The notes under the pieces were generated by a model. That model saw only the letters and a program-made list of their open reading frames with translations, made no database searches and had not been told where the DNA came from. Positions 1 to 14,508 of a stretch of DNA of 64,000 bases are shown one piece after another (positions within the stretch are counted from its first letter, which is position 1; every line of letters starts with the position of its first letter). The stretch covers positions 18,974,001 through 19,038,000 of the forward strand of contig NC_087436.1 of assembly GCF_036321535.1 (NCBI RefSeq), read 5' to 3'. This stretch comes from Camelus dromedarius (taxonomy: Eukaryota). The position numbers and the translations under genes are program-made.

Positions 1-1576
1 AATCCAACCACTTTTGCTTGGGTAAATTCTTTCCTTGGTGCTGAGTGTAACCCTCTAATCCCAGCTGTCACTTATGACAAATTAGGGCTTCCAGGCCCAC
101 AAACACATATCCTGCAGGTCACATGTCCCAGAGATGGAGAATGTGATTTCTCCCAAGGGCCGGCTCTGCAGACCATTATATCATCACACACTCTGAGAGA
201 GTCTCCCTTTTCCAGACTTACTGAGCCCCCTTTGATTGTGCAGCATCTTTACCTCTGACCTCTAAGCAGGGTCATTGTTGTAACAGCCACAAGAAAGCTT
301 TCAGGAATGAATGAGTGCTTAGAGAAATCAGGGAGCATGCTCTGTCCAGCACAGTGATCATTTCTGACAATGCTGATAGAGGAACTTCTTCTGCAGGCCA
401 TTGATTTCAGTGTCAGGCAGATGAAAAGTAGCATATTGATGAGCCTTTGTCATTACTTTGCCAACAGTGTCTTGTCAAATAAAAGACCAGTAGAGGAAAC
501 CAACTTAAGACAGGCCATCACATCAATTTTCTTGGTGCTGAAGGGAAGGGAATGAGCTGTGATATTTAAACTAATCGATGCCTATAAAGACACTCTTAAA
601 CTCTTAAGATAAACTGGTTTGTTTTGCAAAAAATAAAAAAGAAGAAGAGTAGTCTACAGAAAGGATAAAGGAAAATGGGCCACAGATATTGAAGTCAGAG
701 ATTCCCACTCACGGTGATAGTGAACCCTAGCTGACCGTGTTCACCGCTACCCAAATCAGCAGCCAACAGAGCTGTTTTCCTTCCATGGGAGGCATCTTGC
801 AAAGCAACTCTTTCCATCCCAAGAACTTGTAACTAAATCCATTTGCACTGCAGGCTTTTGTGCTTTTCCCATATAACTTCATTCTGTCAGCTCATCACCA
901 GCAGTGTAATGAGAAAGGGATGCCAAGATATCATGTTACCAGAATATCATAATTGACATAGCGAATGTCTAGTCTTTCCTGCCTCACTTGGCTCGATGAC
1001 TCCTGTAGGTGCTCAAAGGTTCTTGGGGATCTGACTTGGTGTATACTCTGGGCAGGGAAAAAAGGGCCCTTTGCAGGTGAGAGCTTTGACAGAGTACAAA
1101 AGGGCAAGAATGAAATAGCCTGTTTTTAAAAGAAGAATACTAGCAAAGTCCTGTTTAAGTTATTTGGACCACAGCACAAGTCCCAACTTTAGAAAAGACT
1201 TCCGACTGAATTTCAGAGAGGAAATATTTTTAAGGGTCAAAAAAAAATGACTAAGTTTAAATAGGTTAGTAACCAGTTCCCACTTTGCTGCCTTTCTTTC
1301 TTTTTAAAAATTTTTTACTCTTTATGTGAAAATTCTCTGATACTTACCAATGCTTCAGAAAATTCGTCCTCACCAATTCTGTAGCCCAGCTCCCCACACC
1401 TCCCTTGACTCCTTCCCAAGCACTGCTGTGCTCTTGGGCCTGATGCCATTCCTCATGGTCCTGGATAGGTGGCCTCGAACAGTTCATGTAGTTCCCTGAG
1501 CCCTACCTTTAGCGGGCTGGCAGTGCGGAGGACTGAACATACGCATTGTGCAATGCTTCAGGGGAAAGTATGTTTA

Positions 1577-2262
1577 CTACTATATGGTCCAACAATTCAA
1601 CTTCTAGGAGTGTATCCAAAAAAACAAAAAAAAAACCCCACTATCTCCAAAAAGATATCTGCACTCCCACATTCATAGCAGTATCATTTACAATCACCAA
1701 GCCACAGAAACAATCTAAATGAAGAAATAAGGAAGTTGTGAGTTTATTTATTTATATATATTTCAGCCCTAAAAAGGAGGAAATCCTGCCACTTGTGACA
1801 ACATTGATGGACCCTGAAGGCATTATACTAAGTGAAGTAAGTCAGATAAAGAAAGACAAATACTGTATGACCTCACTTATACATGGAGTCAAAAACCACC
1901 ACCACCAACAACAAAAAGAATCCACACCAAACTTGTAGTAAAAGAAATCAGATTGTGGTTACTAGAGGTGGGAGATAGAGAAGGGGAAACTGGAGGAAGG
2001 TGGTCAAAAGGTACAAACTTCCAGTTCTAAAACAAATAAGGACTAGAGATGTAATGTACGACATGATGACTACAGTTAACACTGTTGTATCGAACATAAG
2101 AAAGTTGTTAAAAGAGTAGATCCGAAGAATTCTCATTACAAGGAGATATTTTCTTTTCTTTTAGCTGTACGAGGTGATGGATATTAACTAAATCGATTGT
2201 GGTAATCATGTCACAACGTGTGTGAAATCAAACCATTGTCCTGTACACCTTAAACTTAAAAC
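1577..2262 (+). mobile_element. Old L1 3' fragment (ORF2 end + 3'UTR, L1MA9-like)
   Basis: Degenerate ORF2 C-terminus (EGIILSEVSQIKKDKYCMTSLI) followed by a typical L1MA 3'UTR. Confidence 0.85.
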
Positions 2263-5200
2263 AATTTTAAATGTGTGTTAAAATTTAATTAATTTAATTC
2301 ATTTTTCCTGGAAACCTATTTTGTATTATGACATCATGTGACATGTGAGACTCTCACTCCAATATGCCCAGTTTCACCTGCTTACTGGCCAAATTCCCAG
2401 CTGCCTGATAAACATCTTCCCTCCTCTGCAGACATTTCAAAGTTAACATTTCCAAAGCTTAAATAGTCATTATTCCTCATTACATAAAGCTTGCTCTTTT
2501 CTAAAGAAAAAATCCAGATGCTGTATCACAATCACATGTTCTGTGTGCTTAATACACATTTTTGCCCTTAGTAGGGTCACATATTTGTTGAATTAGAGTA
2601 AACGCTGAAGTTAAAAGGTTTTCTGCCTAAAACTTGTAAATAATAGCATTCCCCAAAACTGCATGGGGGTGGGAGAGGGTGTTTAGAGAATTTACAGAGA
2701 TGTAAATAACGTACTTTCTAGCTAAGGGATGTGAGCACTCTGTCTTTTCATTTTTTTCCCTCCAATTTGTTCCAACTTATTTGTTTTTGTCACTCATAAC
2801 TCAGAAACAATTTAATGGAAAAACTTCAAGTGTTATATATATATTAGTCCTTGATGAGAACTAGAATGTAAGAATAATTTTACCAACATGGAATTTAAAG
2901 TTTTTTTATTTATTGAAGCTTAATTTTTCTTTCCATGAGAGAGCACCATGAAGTCCCCACGGATAAAATCATGTCCACCAGGCATCTGGCAATAGTTTCA
3001 CTAAACTAAGGTTTCATTTTGAAAAATAAAATGCCCAGTCCTTCCTTTGAAAGGACAAACTCTTTGCCATAAAACGGTTTCCTATGGGTCTAAGTTTGTC
3101 ATATTTACTTCCGTAAAGTGGCAGGTTATCCCACGAGTTCTATTTCCATTTGCTCCATTTAGTTCTGCTTCACCTTGGCTTGTAGTTCTTTCCAGTGGAA
3201 GTCAACAGAATGCCTCTGTCTGCAGAAATGTGTGTTTACCAAAGGGAAGGACTGGGCCCAGTGAGAGCAAGGATGGCTACCAGCATCCGCTCCCCAGATA
3301 CCCTCAAAGCAAGGCCAGCCCCTCTTCAGGGAGTAGAAGTATTTTTCCTAAATTCTTCCATTCAGGTTAGATCTCTCCACCTCAGCGATTTAGTGAGCAG
3401 GGAAGTTCAGGCTTTCACCCAAGACTGCCTGAGTTGCATGTCCTCTGAATAAATGTGACCTAATGCTTTTCCAGTGCTTTCTCCAAAGAGGCGTTGGGTG
3501 TAATGGAGACTGTCAAGTCCTGGGCAGTGAGTAGGAAGGAAAATTGAAGTCATAGCTTTTGGGGCAAATGCTTTCTCTTCCCACACATGCCACGGATTGC
3601 TTAATGCTCACACAAAGCCTATGGCCATAAAATTCCTTCCAGAAAGTCCCTTCAAGGAAACACAATCAACCACAACCTGCCCATTATGGAAGGCTAGCAG
3701 GCGGCCCCATCCTGCAGGGATGAAGGGCCTTTGGCTCCAAAAAGTCTCAATTTTTTTTCTTCAGCTTGATTTGTAGAACGGCTGATCCATCATCTCTAGG
3801 AAGCAGGAGGTAATGATAAACAGGTAAAAGAATCATTAAGGCAAACCTTGCTCATTGATGATGTTTCCTCTACGTTTGTTTTATTAAATGCTTTTAAAGC
3901 TTGCCACCAAAGAGGTTTACAACGCATTAAAACTCCTGCTGAAAGGATCAGCCTAATATAATATGGAGAAAGATGAAGAGCTATGCAATACTGCAGTGAG
4001 CTTATTGGCTTAGATATGGAATAAACATCATCTTTGTGGTTCATGCTGCCATTATAAAGTCTTCTTGTGGCGTGTAGTTCTTACCACAGTCAATGCAGCT
4101 AGCAGACAAGATGTGAGCTATTAAGTTACATTGCAAACAAAAGGGTTTATGTCCTTCCCAGGAAAGCATACCTTCCCACACTGTCGTAATGATATGCAGA
4201 CTTCAGCTGGGATATTGCCCTGTTTGGTCTGGACTATCTGTGTGTACATTTCTATTAGCATCAGTTAATCCTTGACCTTCTTCCTGGGCTGCCCTTTGGG
4301 CTTCTTCTGGAGGGTGAATTGATGCTACAGAGTTTAGCTGCATTAGCTAGTACATCATGGAACAGGACTTCAAATAGGTTCTGTCATATGTGCTGCTGGT
4401 GGGGGTTGTGGATTGGTTGACTGCTCGGTCCTCGCTTTTTTTGCACCCTGAATGTGATCAGGGAGTAGCCAAAAGTTGATGAAAGAAAAAAAAAATGTTG
4501 TTGACAGCAGAGCAGTAATAGAGTCTTGAAGCCCCAGTTGGGGAATTAGACTGGTCTGGAAGAACAGCAAGGAGGAATAGGTCAAGGAGCAATGAACCTT
4601 AAAACAGCTTTAAAAGGAAACAGATGAAAAGAATGAAGAATTCACCAGGACACACACAGGCCTAAAAGCAGATACAGAAGGATCATAGCAGTACCAACAG
4701 AAAGTCTGAACTACTGCCAGACGAAGAGGAAATTCAAGCTGGCTGCAGATACTTGAGAAGGAACATATTTTTTGCCGGCAGTCAGGAGAAGACACAACAT
4801 TCTACAATATATATTTCAGCTAACGAGGCATGGAACTGGGTTAACAGATGGTCAAAACCTTAACACTATTCAGTTTTGTGAAAATAAGAACAAAAATTGA
4901 AAACTTTCATAAGACACAACTCAGATTTCTGACCTACTTCCTGTCACATGCCCTTCTTTGTTGCTCTGAGTGCCCCTAATCAACAGAGATGATTTATTTC
5001 TTCTCTTTTTAATTTTTAAAAATACACTGCAGAATTCAATTTGCAGATATACATTTTTAAGAATTTTGTGTGTATTTGTAATAGGCTATGGTTAAACCTA
5101 CAGTGGTCCTAGTGATGCAATAAAAACACAATACATTGACACAAGATTGTGTGATTGTAGTACCCAAGGGAATTGCTTTAAATTGTAGCAAATGGACCCT

Positions 5201-5529
5201 TGAATGGTGATACTACCTCCGTCCTTTTCCAATGCACAAGTGGAAGCAAGCTGGTGACTCGGTCTTGTTTGACGTGATGGGTTTCTCATCCTGCCTTCTC
5301 TTCTTTCAAAACAAAACTTGGGAAACACCTCTCTGAGAAAGGGAGTGAGAACTGGGAGGCTGTATCTCTGTTCTCGCTTGTGTCTTCATCTCATATACTT
5401 TGTGTTTTATTTGTTCACTGGCTCAACGGGAAAAGGAAATGAAGGTCATCATGAATTAGATTTCAGTCATCACTCTTGGCAGCCTTTAAACCTAAATCAA
5501 ACTTTCTGGTCTAGCTTCATTCTATATTA

Positions 5530-5900
5530 AAAGTGAAACTGGCTTATAATTGGTTTTTATACTGTTGTTTTCTGATTTTAACTCAACTTATATTAATTTT
5601 ATAAACTACTTGAAATGTCTTTCCCTTCTTTCTTTTTCTTTTCTAGAAGTTTGGTATAAATTGCCAACAGAATTACTTGGCCTTGTCATTTTTATATTGT
5701 TCTTTGTGTTTTTGTGGGTTGGAAGGTAGATTTTTATCTACTAATTCAAGTTCTTTAAGGATCATTGGTATTTTTAGGATGGTTCTTCTTAAGTTAGTTT
5801 TGGTAAGTTATATCTTCCTAGGAGACAATTTCTTTGCCCAAATTTTCCATTTTTTAAACTTAAATTTATTTACGGACTATTTATTTCTTCTCTCTACTCT
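5530..5900 (-). mobile_element. Highly decayed L1 ORF2 fragment
   Basis: T-rich antisense L1-like phrases (e.g. AGAAGTTTGGTATAAATTG, TTTATCTACTAATTCAAGTTCTTT) resembling 7860-8200. Confidence 0.5.
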
Positions 5901-5917
5901 CTTGAATGGGAAGGATG

Positions 5918-6421
5918 CTATATTAGTTGGGATTCTTTTGTTTATAAATAATCAAAACCTACCTTTGTTTTATCGAAGATGGCAGTGTATTGGTTCCCAA
6001 GACTGATGTTCAGGTATGAATGGTTTGAGGTACTCAAAAAATGTCATCAGGTATCAGACTTAATTTTTTTTAATCTCTTGATTCTGCTTTTTTCTATAGA
6101 CTCTATTCTACTGACTTTCCCTTAATGGGAACAAAGTGCCCATCCCTAGATCCAGACTTAATTCTATACGCTTAGCTACTCCAGAAAAAAAAAGAGAGAT
6201 ACTCTTTTCCTAACTTTTGCAGTAAAATCTCTCCCACATCAATCACTTTGTTACTGATAAAGTCATCTGTCCATCCCTGAACCGGTTACTATCACCAGCA
6301 TGCAGTGAAGGTGGAGACATGCATGTCTTTGATTGGTGAGTCCTAGGAAAGTGCGGTATGCTGCTCTCAGACAGAGGAAGAATGGATAGTTATCAGGCTG
6401 AAGTAACAGATGTCCACTTCA
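5918..6421 (-). mobile_element. MLT1-family (MaLR) solo LTR relic
   Basis: Starts TATTAGTTGGGATTCTTTTG and ends GAATGGAT...AACAGATGTCCACT, resembling the termini of old MLT1 LTRs. Confidence 0.6.
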
Positions 6422-7025
6422 TGTGCTCAGTAGCCAGCACATTTGCTCCATCATCAACTTGCATTGCATTAGTGCTTGACTCAAGTGATGCTTAAAAAAT
6501 GTAGGGCCTCCTGGAATCCACTTGTTTGCTATAGGAGAGTAGATGGGTAACTGACACTAGACTTTACTCCACTGAATTAACTTCTTCATTAAAGAAGTTA
6601 GCACTGAGTTTACGCAGTGAAGATTGTGCAAGGTGCAGTGGGAGTTGGAGTAGCTGCTTTGGAAAGTGGGAGAAAAATTTTATGGAAGATGTGTGAAAAT
6701 TTACAAGCAGTGTTAAGGGTTGAGATAAGACTGGAAATAATACATTCAGAGTCATTTCAACTTAATATGGTTTGTGATTTTTCTCTAGTTCTAAATGAAG
6801 AAAAATGATGTTAGAATTGAGTCATACTGGGAATCTTATTATGGCTACCATGGAATGGTGGGGGGTGGGCAAGATAACTGATGGAGAAAGCCAGAAAGTG
6901 GTGAAGAGAGCAGGAAGATACTCACCTAAGGCAGAGTAGCGTCTTTTCCACATTACATGGCCACTGAACACAGCATGTGTACAGTGTAGTGATTCAGGAT
7001 TTTTACTGATTATACTCTATTAAAA

Positions 7026-7080
7026 TGTACACTTTGAAACTGATGTACTGTTGTAAATCGATTATACTTCAATAAATAAT
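7026..7080 (+). mobile_element. Very short L1 3' terminus
   Basis: TGTACACTTTGAAACT...TTGTAAATCGATTATACTTCAATAAA matches the end of the L1 at 14435-14485. Confidence 0.7.
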
Positions 7081-7096
7081 CATCCTCATCATCATC

Positions 7097-8525
7097 CATC
7101 AATATTTTATAGTTCTTAGAGTACAGGTCTCCCACCACCTTAGTTTAGTTTATTTCTAGATGTTTTAATATTTTTAATGTGATTTTAAATAGGATTTTTT
7201 TTTGCTTTCTATTTTTAATCATTCATTATTAGTGTGTAGAAAAGCAATAGATTTTGGTATATTAATTTTGAATCTGCAACTTTAGTGAATTTATTTATTA
7301 ATTCTGATAGTTTTTAAGTGGAGACTTTAGGGTTTTCTATAGAAAGTATCATATCATCTGCAAATAGTGACAGTTTTAGTTCTTCCTTTCCAATTTGGAT
7401 GCTTTTATTTCTTTTCCTGTCTGACCACTGTGGCTAGGACATCCAATACTATGTTAAATAGAAGTGGTGAGAGTGGGCATCTTGTCTTGTTCCTGAATTT
7501 AGAGGAGAAGCTTTTAGCTTTTTGCTGTTGACTATGATGCTGGCTGTGGGTTTGTCATAAATGGTTATTATTACATTGAGATATGTTCCCTCCATACCCA
7601 CTTTGATTAGTGTTTTTATCATGAATGGATAATAAATTTTGTCAAATGCTTTTTCTACATCTATTGATGATCGTGTGATTTTTATCCTTCCTTTTGTTAA
7701 TGTGATGTATCAGGTTGATTGATTTGTGAATGTTGAACCATCCTTGCATCCCTAGAATAAAGTTAACTTGATCATAGTATATGATCCTTTTTATACATTG
7801 TTAGATTTGTTCTACTAATATTTTGTTCAGGATTTCTACATCAATATTCTTCAAAGATATTGGCTGTAATTTTCTTTTTTTTGTAATGTCTTTTGTCTGA
7901 TTTTGGAATCAGTGTAATGGTGGCCTCATAGAATAAATTTGACAGTGTTCTTTCCTCTTCAATTTTTTGGAATAGTTTGAGAAGTATAAGTATTAGCTCT
8001 TATTTATAAGTTTGGTAGAAATTCTCTGTGAAGCCATCTGGTCCTGAACTTCTGTTTACTGGGAAGTGTTTTGTTTGTTTGTTTGGTTTTTTTACAAATT
8101 CAATTTCACCACTAGTGATCAGTCTGTTCAAATTTTTTTCTTCTTGATTGAGTTTCAGAAGGTTGTATATTTCTAGAAATTTGTCTATGTCTTCTAGGTT
8201 GTTCAATCTGTTGGTGTATAATTTTTCATAGTATTGTCTTATGATTTTGTTGTATCACTGTGGTATCAGCTATTATTTCTCTTCTTTCATTTCCTGTTTT
8301 ATTTATTTGGGTCCTCTCTTCTTGGTGAGCCTGGCTAAAAGTTATTCAATTTTGTTTATCTCTTCAAAAAACTAGCTCTTGGTTTCATTGATTTTTTCTA
8401 TTTTTTCTCTCTATTTTATTTATTTCCTCTCTGATCCTTTTCATTTCCTTTCTTCTGCTGACTTTGTACTCTGTTTTTTCTCTTTTTAATTTTTTTAGGT
8501 TGCAGGCTAGGTTATTTATTTGAGA
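7097..8525 (-). mobile_element. L1 ORF2 internal fragment (Z/RT region), degenerate
   Basis: Minus-strand remnants NNLEDIDKFLE and SSGPDGFTENFYQTYK. Colinear with ~46500-47935 of the full-length L1. Confidence 0.93.
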
Positions 8526-8739
8526 TGTAGGCCCTGCATGAGACCTGGTGATACCAAGATGGAAGGGCTCAGATCCTGCTCTCAAATTGTCTACCCACTG
8601 CTACTGGACACCCATCTGATAAGATTAGAGATGTGCAAAAGGTCCAGAGGAGGAGAAAATAAGTAGTACTCTTTCTAAGAGAAGCATTTACAAAAGTGGT
8701 AGTGATTCAGTTGAGTCTTAAAGCATAATAAAGTGATAA

Positions 8740-8995
8740 TAATCATAATAACACACATTTATGTGGCACTTATTATATGCCAGCCACAGTTATACGTGCT
8801 TTACGTACATTAAATCTCATTTAATCCTTAAAGCAAACCTATGACGTAGAATTGTTATCCTCAATTTACAGATGAGGAAACTAAGTCACAGAAAGTTTAA
8901 GGAACTTGACCAAGTTCATATGGCTAGTAAGCATTGCCACCTGAGTTCAAACCGAGGCAGTCTGGTTCTAGGTTCATGATTATGACCACTACCTC
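8740..8995 (-). mobile_element. MIR SINE
   Basis: Core ATTTACAGATGAGGAAACTAAG...AAGGAACTTGACCAAGTTCA; near full length. Confidence 0.88.
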
Positions 8996-11900
8996 ACATA
9001 GGGTAAGTGGTTGTTTCCCTCGGAGACAAATATAGAAAAGCATGATAGTATGGAATGTTCTAGAAATCACAAACATTTCAGAACTTTTGGAGGTAAAATG
9101 TACATAATTGAAAGTGAAGAGGTAATGATTATAGAGACTGAGAGCTTTGCTACATGTTGACATCCTACTCTCTCAGTCCTGCTTAAATCTTTCATTTTTA
9201 ATAACTGTGACTCTTCAATAAATGAGTCAATTTATATAACGTGTATCTTTATTACCAAGGAGGAAAACCCAAATGCTATGTTCTCCAAGTTCAAGTTGTA
9301 CACTTCTTATACTAGCATCTTACTATTATACAAAAGCTTAGAAATTAAAAAAAAAATTAAATTCAGCTTAGCTGTGCACATGCAGAATATAGCTTAGAAC
9401 AAGAGTCTTGGAGAGTCACCATTTTTTTATGTGACTAGAGTCATGGTAGGAAAGCAGCTAATTGAAATTCTAGCTCTAGGGAAAGCCGTTAAGGTTAACA
9501 TACTTCTTGAGGGGAAAAAAAATGTTCTGGAGGCAAAAGAATGCTTCCTGGAAAATCTCATATGGTATTTTTAAAAGAATCTTGATGTTAGTACTTTTTA
9601 CCTGGTGGTCTTTAATTTCTCTCCTGATTTTGTTTTTGAGTGTGATTCCCTTTTACATTCTTTCATTCTGTTTTCCTTAGAAATGTTCCATCAGTATGTA
9701 TGTTTAAATCAGACAAATGGATGTGTCCCTTCTAAGGAAGCCCTGATGAGAGGATGAACCCCCTACAATGAGCGAAACAAAAGTGTTTACAGGCAAGAAC
9801 TTCCATAGATTTCTTTTCTTCACTTGATTTACTTTTCTTCATTAAAGATCCTCTGCTAATGAGATTTTATGAAGTTTCACATTTTTTGTGTATTCCTGTG
9901 AGTGGATTTTCCCACCTCCCAAGAATTTTATTTTTTGTGAATGCCTTTGCAATTTTACCACTATTTCACATTTTCACTTTGAAAATACTCTAAGCTGGCA
10001 CAGCCAACCACCAACCTTCTGAATTCTCAGCATCCTGTATTACTGGTTGCTTTAGGCAGCAGAATTTGTAATCAGATGCTTTTTTAGTTAATCTCACTAA
10101 TTCAAAGCATCAGTTTTCTCCACCACCCTATACTTCAAGCAAAACCCTCGATTTGTTGTTTTAAAATTAAGTAAAGAAAAAATTAGCCTTTGGACTGACT
10201 ATAAAGGCAACCAAAATCACAGCAAAATTTGGTGTGCTCTTTCCCCAGTCTTCTGCGTTTTTTCACGTCTTGCCCCGTTTGGTGTTTTCAGTTGAGCATA
10301 CCAAAGCTGTAGCAAGTTCTTCCTTTGAACGTTGCTCTTTGTACTCCCTCTAGTGACACCACCATGTATAAACATTATTTTTGTGTGGGGGAGAGAATTT
10401 CCCCAGAGGCCCACAAAACATTTAATGAAGCGTGAAGCACAAACATTTCATTACAACATATTGTGTATTTTTGCCTTTAATAACTACATTCTTCATCCAA
10501 GAAGTCTCAATAGCTTTCAAAAATGAATTACAGTAGTATTATTTTCTCCAGAATATAGTTTTTCCATGACAGAAACAGCACTTTCCTAAACTATTGTATT
10601 TATTAGCAACCTGTTGCCCTTCGACACCAGTGCCATTTTCATCGACCCTGATCGAGTGTGGATCATTTAAACTTCCTTTAAAAATTATTAAAATAGTTTT
10701 ATGTTATTGGATTCTTTTTTCCTTTGCTGTGCACAACCACCGCTGAAAACGATGCATGGAAAGGCTAAAGTGTAAAGTCGCTGAACATTGTGTTGAGTGG
10801 AGAATAACGTTCTCCATGGCCAAAGTGCAAGCATTTAACTGAGGAGTCGAGGGTAGTGAGGGGTCTCTTCTGTGGCTTAGCACCAAGGAGGCAGACAAGC
10901 TCTGAATTCTTGCTGTTTTCTACTCCCCACTTGGGTCCACTCCAGAGAAATTCTCCATCTTCTGCCTTCACTCCCTTCCTCCGCAAGGCAGCCTCCCATT
11001 GGCTCTTTTATACACATTTGAGGATTAGGAAGCAACTTGCCCTGTTGACTCTGGTCTTGTGCCTATTAATAGAAGCTGATCCTAGTCCAACTCTGTAATT
11101 CCAAATGGACGATGAAAAACTCCTAGATGTTCACAGCATGTGTGTGCTGTATCCCAAACACCAGCTTTTCCACAAAATTTAAACTCATCAAAACAGCAGC
11201 AAAAACAGACCACACAAGAACCTGTGGCATGTGAGGAGAAAGCAGGTCCTTTATAATAGGTGTATATTCTGAATTTCAAATGACATGGGGTTCCTTAGTT
11301 GAAGTGAGTTGTGTAATGCTGCTTTACGCTACTGCTCTTTATGTTTTTTAGAATCATTGTGGCATCTCATAGCTTCCCTGATTATCTGTTTTTACTGAGA
11401 GTCTGTTCAGAGTTACGGGACAATTAAAAGGAAAAACTTGACGATGATATAGAATTTCAGATGGTTTAGGAAAATGACACGTTTGTACAAGCAGATATGA
11501 AGCTAGCTTCCTTTCTTCCAGAATCTTTTTGACTACATTGAATTACCATAGAGCTTGGGAAAAACAGCTGTCTTCCCTCTACCTTCTCTAACAATATTTC
11601 ACTAAGCAAAAATATATTTTTATTGTTTCTTGAAATGTTACATTTGTGTTTATTAAAATGAGATTATTTAATCCATCATTATTTCTATTAGACATGACCC
11701 TAGAAGCTGCTTTTGAATCCCTTAGTAATCTGGGGGTTTGAGGGATGGGCTGTCAGTAAGTCATTAGGGAAGGCAGAGGGAACTAAAGCTTGTTGGTAGC
11801 CATGGAGCTGGGGACGGCACTGCTCGATGGCCAATAGAACACGTACATGAAATACTCTGCCTTGGTCTATGATAGCCTCCGTGGTTTTATCGGTGAATTG

Positions 11901-12708
11901 AGTTATTTAAATGTTGTTTAACATTTTTGATTTTTAATTTACTTTTTAATTATCAATAGTTTATGTCTAAATTATCATTAATTCAAAGCACCCATTATTT
12001 TACTTTCTTGAATTTTTTCTTAGATTTTTCTTGGAAGGTAACTTGTTAAGAATGTTGTCAAAATCTGTGTCCCTAACCTGTGAAGGACATTAAATTGGCA
12101 CTTGGTAAGGTTCTCTCGTGTAGCTTTTGTATAGACCAAATAAGAAAAAATTTTTTTAGTGATTTAGGAGTCTTTGAAACATACATATACATATATAGAT
12201 ATATAGATAGATAGATATACACACACATATACATGTATATGTATGTCTCCAGTTGTTTAAGTTTTAATTCTTGGTCTGTAGACCCTCTAAAAAAACACAT
12301 CTTTTTTTTTTTTTGGAGGCAAATTGAACAAATTGCTATTTTCCTTGCAGTGTAAGGACATTCAGGCAATTTTTCATCAGTGTTGAAATAAAGAGGCAGT
12401 TGGTAATAAAGACCCTCTTTCTCTGCCATTTGCTTCTTCTCCACAGTTTTTGGTAAACTAAGTAACTTATTTTAAAGAATGGTAGTTTGATGATTTAAAT
12501 AAAATTCTTAAAATGAAGCATCAAGGTTTTTACTGACTCCATTTCTCTTTTCTGAACTCTTCTTTGTGCCTATTTTGCATACTGTACATGTAATATACAT
12601 TCACTCAGACATTCATTCATTTGACACAGTCATTGAGCACTACCTAAGGGCAAATGGGAAACATGAAGATGGACAGACATGAGTGATGCTCTCAGTATGC
12701 CTACAAAA

Positions 12709-13232
12709 CATGGTGGATATTGTAGATTGGATCAGTCTTTCTGTCCCTGTTCTATTATGCCTTTGTTTTAGAGGATGAACACCTAGAAATAACATTTCTC
12801 AGATTCTCTTGTAGCTAGAATTCTACATGGGCACTAAGTTTCACCAAACAAATGCACCCACTTAAAACTTTGAAAATGGAAGTGAGCAACATGAGCTTGG
12901 GCTCACCTGTGGAGAGACTGAAGGTCATAGTGGAAGCATTTGGTTTTCCCAAGACAGCTGAGATTTTAGACTGTATGTTTTGTCCCTTTGTGTTGTAGGT
13001 ATCATGAGCTGAGAGGGGGCAGTGGAAATGGATTTTCTATGCAAACAATTCCTTTGGTGTAGCCAAACAGTTCCTTTGGTTGCATTGTTCCTGGATGTAA
13101 ATGATCTAAGCTTGATTCCCTGGCCCTCCCAGTAATTCTACAAACTATGTAATAACCTGTAACAAATCCCATTCTGTGTAAGCCAGCTGGAATGGATTCT
13201 GTTGTTTGCATTGAAGTACTCTGGCCTATGCA
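12709..13232 (+). mobile_element. MLT1-family solo LTR
   Basis: Starts TGGTGGATATTGTAG and ends AAGCCAGCTGGAATGGATTCTGTTGTTTGCA, an MLT1G/H-like 3' end. Confidence 0.65.
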
Positions 13233-13484
13233 AACAGCAGATATTGTGGACACAGATTATTTTATTAACAAGTAAACAATAACTAGTGCTATAGAAAGGT
13301 GAAAATAAATTTGTTTAAAAGATGGGAGGAAGAGTTTTTATTTCTTGCTTGGATGTTCAGAGAGGAAGTGCTATTGACACTTGAGAAAGCCTTTGAAAGA
13401 TGGATAAAGCAAACTTCTGGAATGGGGAAAATGGCACACCAAGTGAAGGAAGAGCATAGAATAAGATATAAGAAAAGGAGTGAA

Positions 13485-13539
13485 ATCTTAAAATAACCTA
13501 TAATGGAAAAGAATCTGAAAAATAATATAAATATATATA

Positions 13540-13613
<74 letters not shown>

Positions 13614-14508
13614 ATCCATTTGCTGTACACCTGAAACATTGTAAATCAACTGTACAAATCAAAACTACAATGAGATATCACATCACACCAGTCAGAATGG
13701 CCATCAGCAAAAAGTCTACAAATAATAAATGCTGGAGAGGGCGTGGAGAAAAAGGAACCCTCCTACACTGCTGGTGGGAATGCAGTTTGGTGCAGCCATT
13801 GTGGAAAACAGTATGGAGATTCCTCAAAAAACTAAAAATAGAGTTACCATATGATCCAGCAACCCTACTTACTCCTAGGCGTATATACAGAGAAAACTCT
13901 AATTTGAAGATAAGTGCACCCCAATATTCATAGCAGCACTATTTACAACAGCCAAGACATGGAAGCAACCTAAATGTCCATCAACAGATGACTAGATAAA
14001 GAAAATGTGGTATATATGTATACACAATGGAATACTACTCAGCCATAAAAAAGAATGAAATAATGCCATTTGTAGCAATATGGATGGACCTAGAGATTAC
14101 TATACTAAGTGTAGTAAGTCAGTCAGAGAAAGACAAATATTATATGATATCACTTATATGTAGAATCTCAAAAAAACGATACAAATGAACTTATTTACAT
14201 AACAGAAATAGACTCACAGACATAGAAAACAAACCTGTGGTTACCAAAAGGGAAAGTGGTGTGGGGAGGAATAAATTAGAAGTTTGGGATTAACAGACAA
14301 ACATTACTATATATAAAATAGGTAAACAACAAGGACCTACTGTATAGCACAGAGAATCATAATCAATATCTTGTAATAACCTATAATGAAAAAGAATCTG
14401 ATAAAGAATATATATGTATAATTGAATCACATTGTTGTACACCTGAAACTAACACAGCATTGTAAATTAATTATACTTCAATTTAAAAATGGTTCAAAAA
14501 ATTTTAAA
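13485..14508 (+). mobile_element. Composite 5'-truncated L1: a short 3'UTR piece (13485-13655) fused to a longer ORF2-end + 3'UTR piece (13656-14508)
   Basis: [15 protein letters not shown]...CWWEC remnant and 3'UTR. Imperfect 15-bp flanking repeat AAGAAAAGGAGTGAA (13470-84) / AAGAAAAAGAGTAAA (14509-23). Confidence 0.9.
13532..13607. repeat. (TA)n/(TG)n microsatellite inside L1 3'UTR
   Basis: Directly visible dinucleotide run. Confidence 0.97.

Noticed and set aside
10620..10670. miR-183-like word (reverse complement AATGGCACTGGT)
   Set aside because: Only a short partial match with no supporting hairpin.
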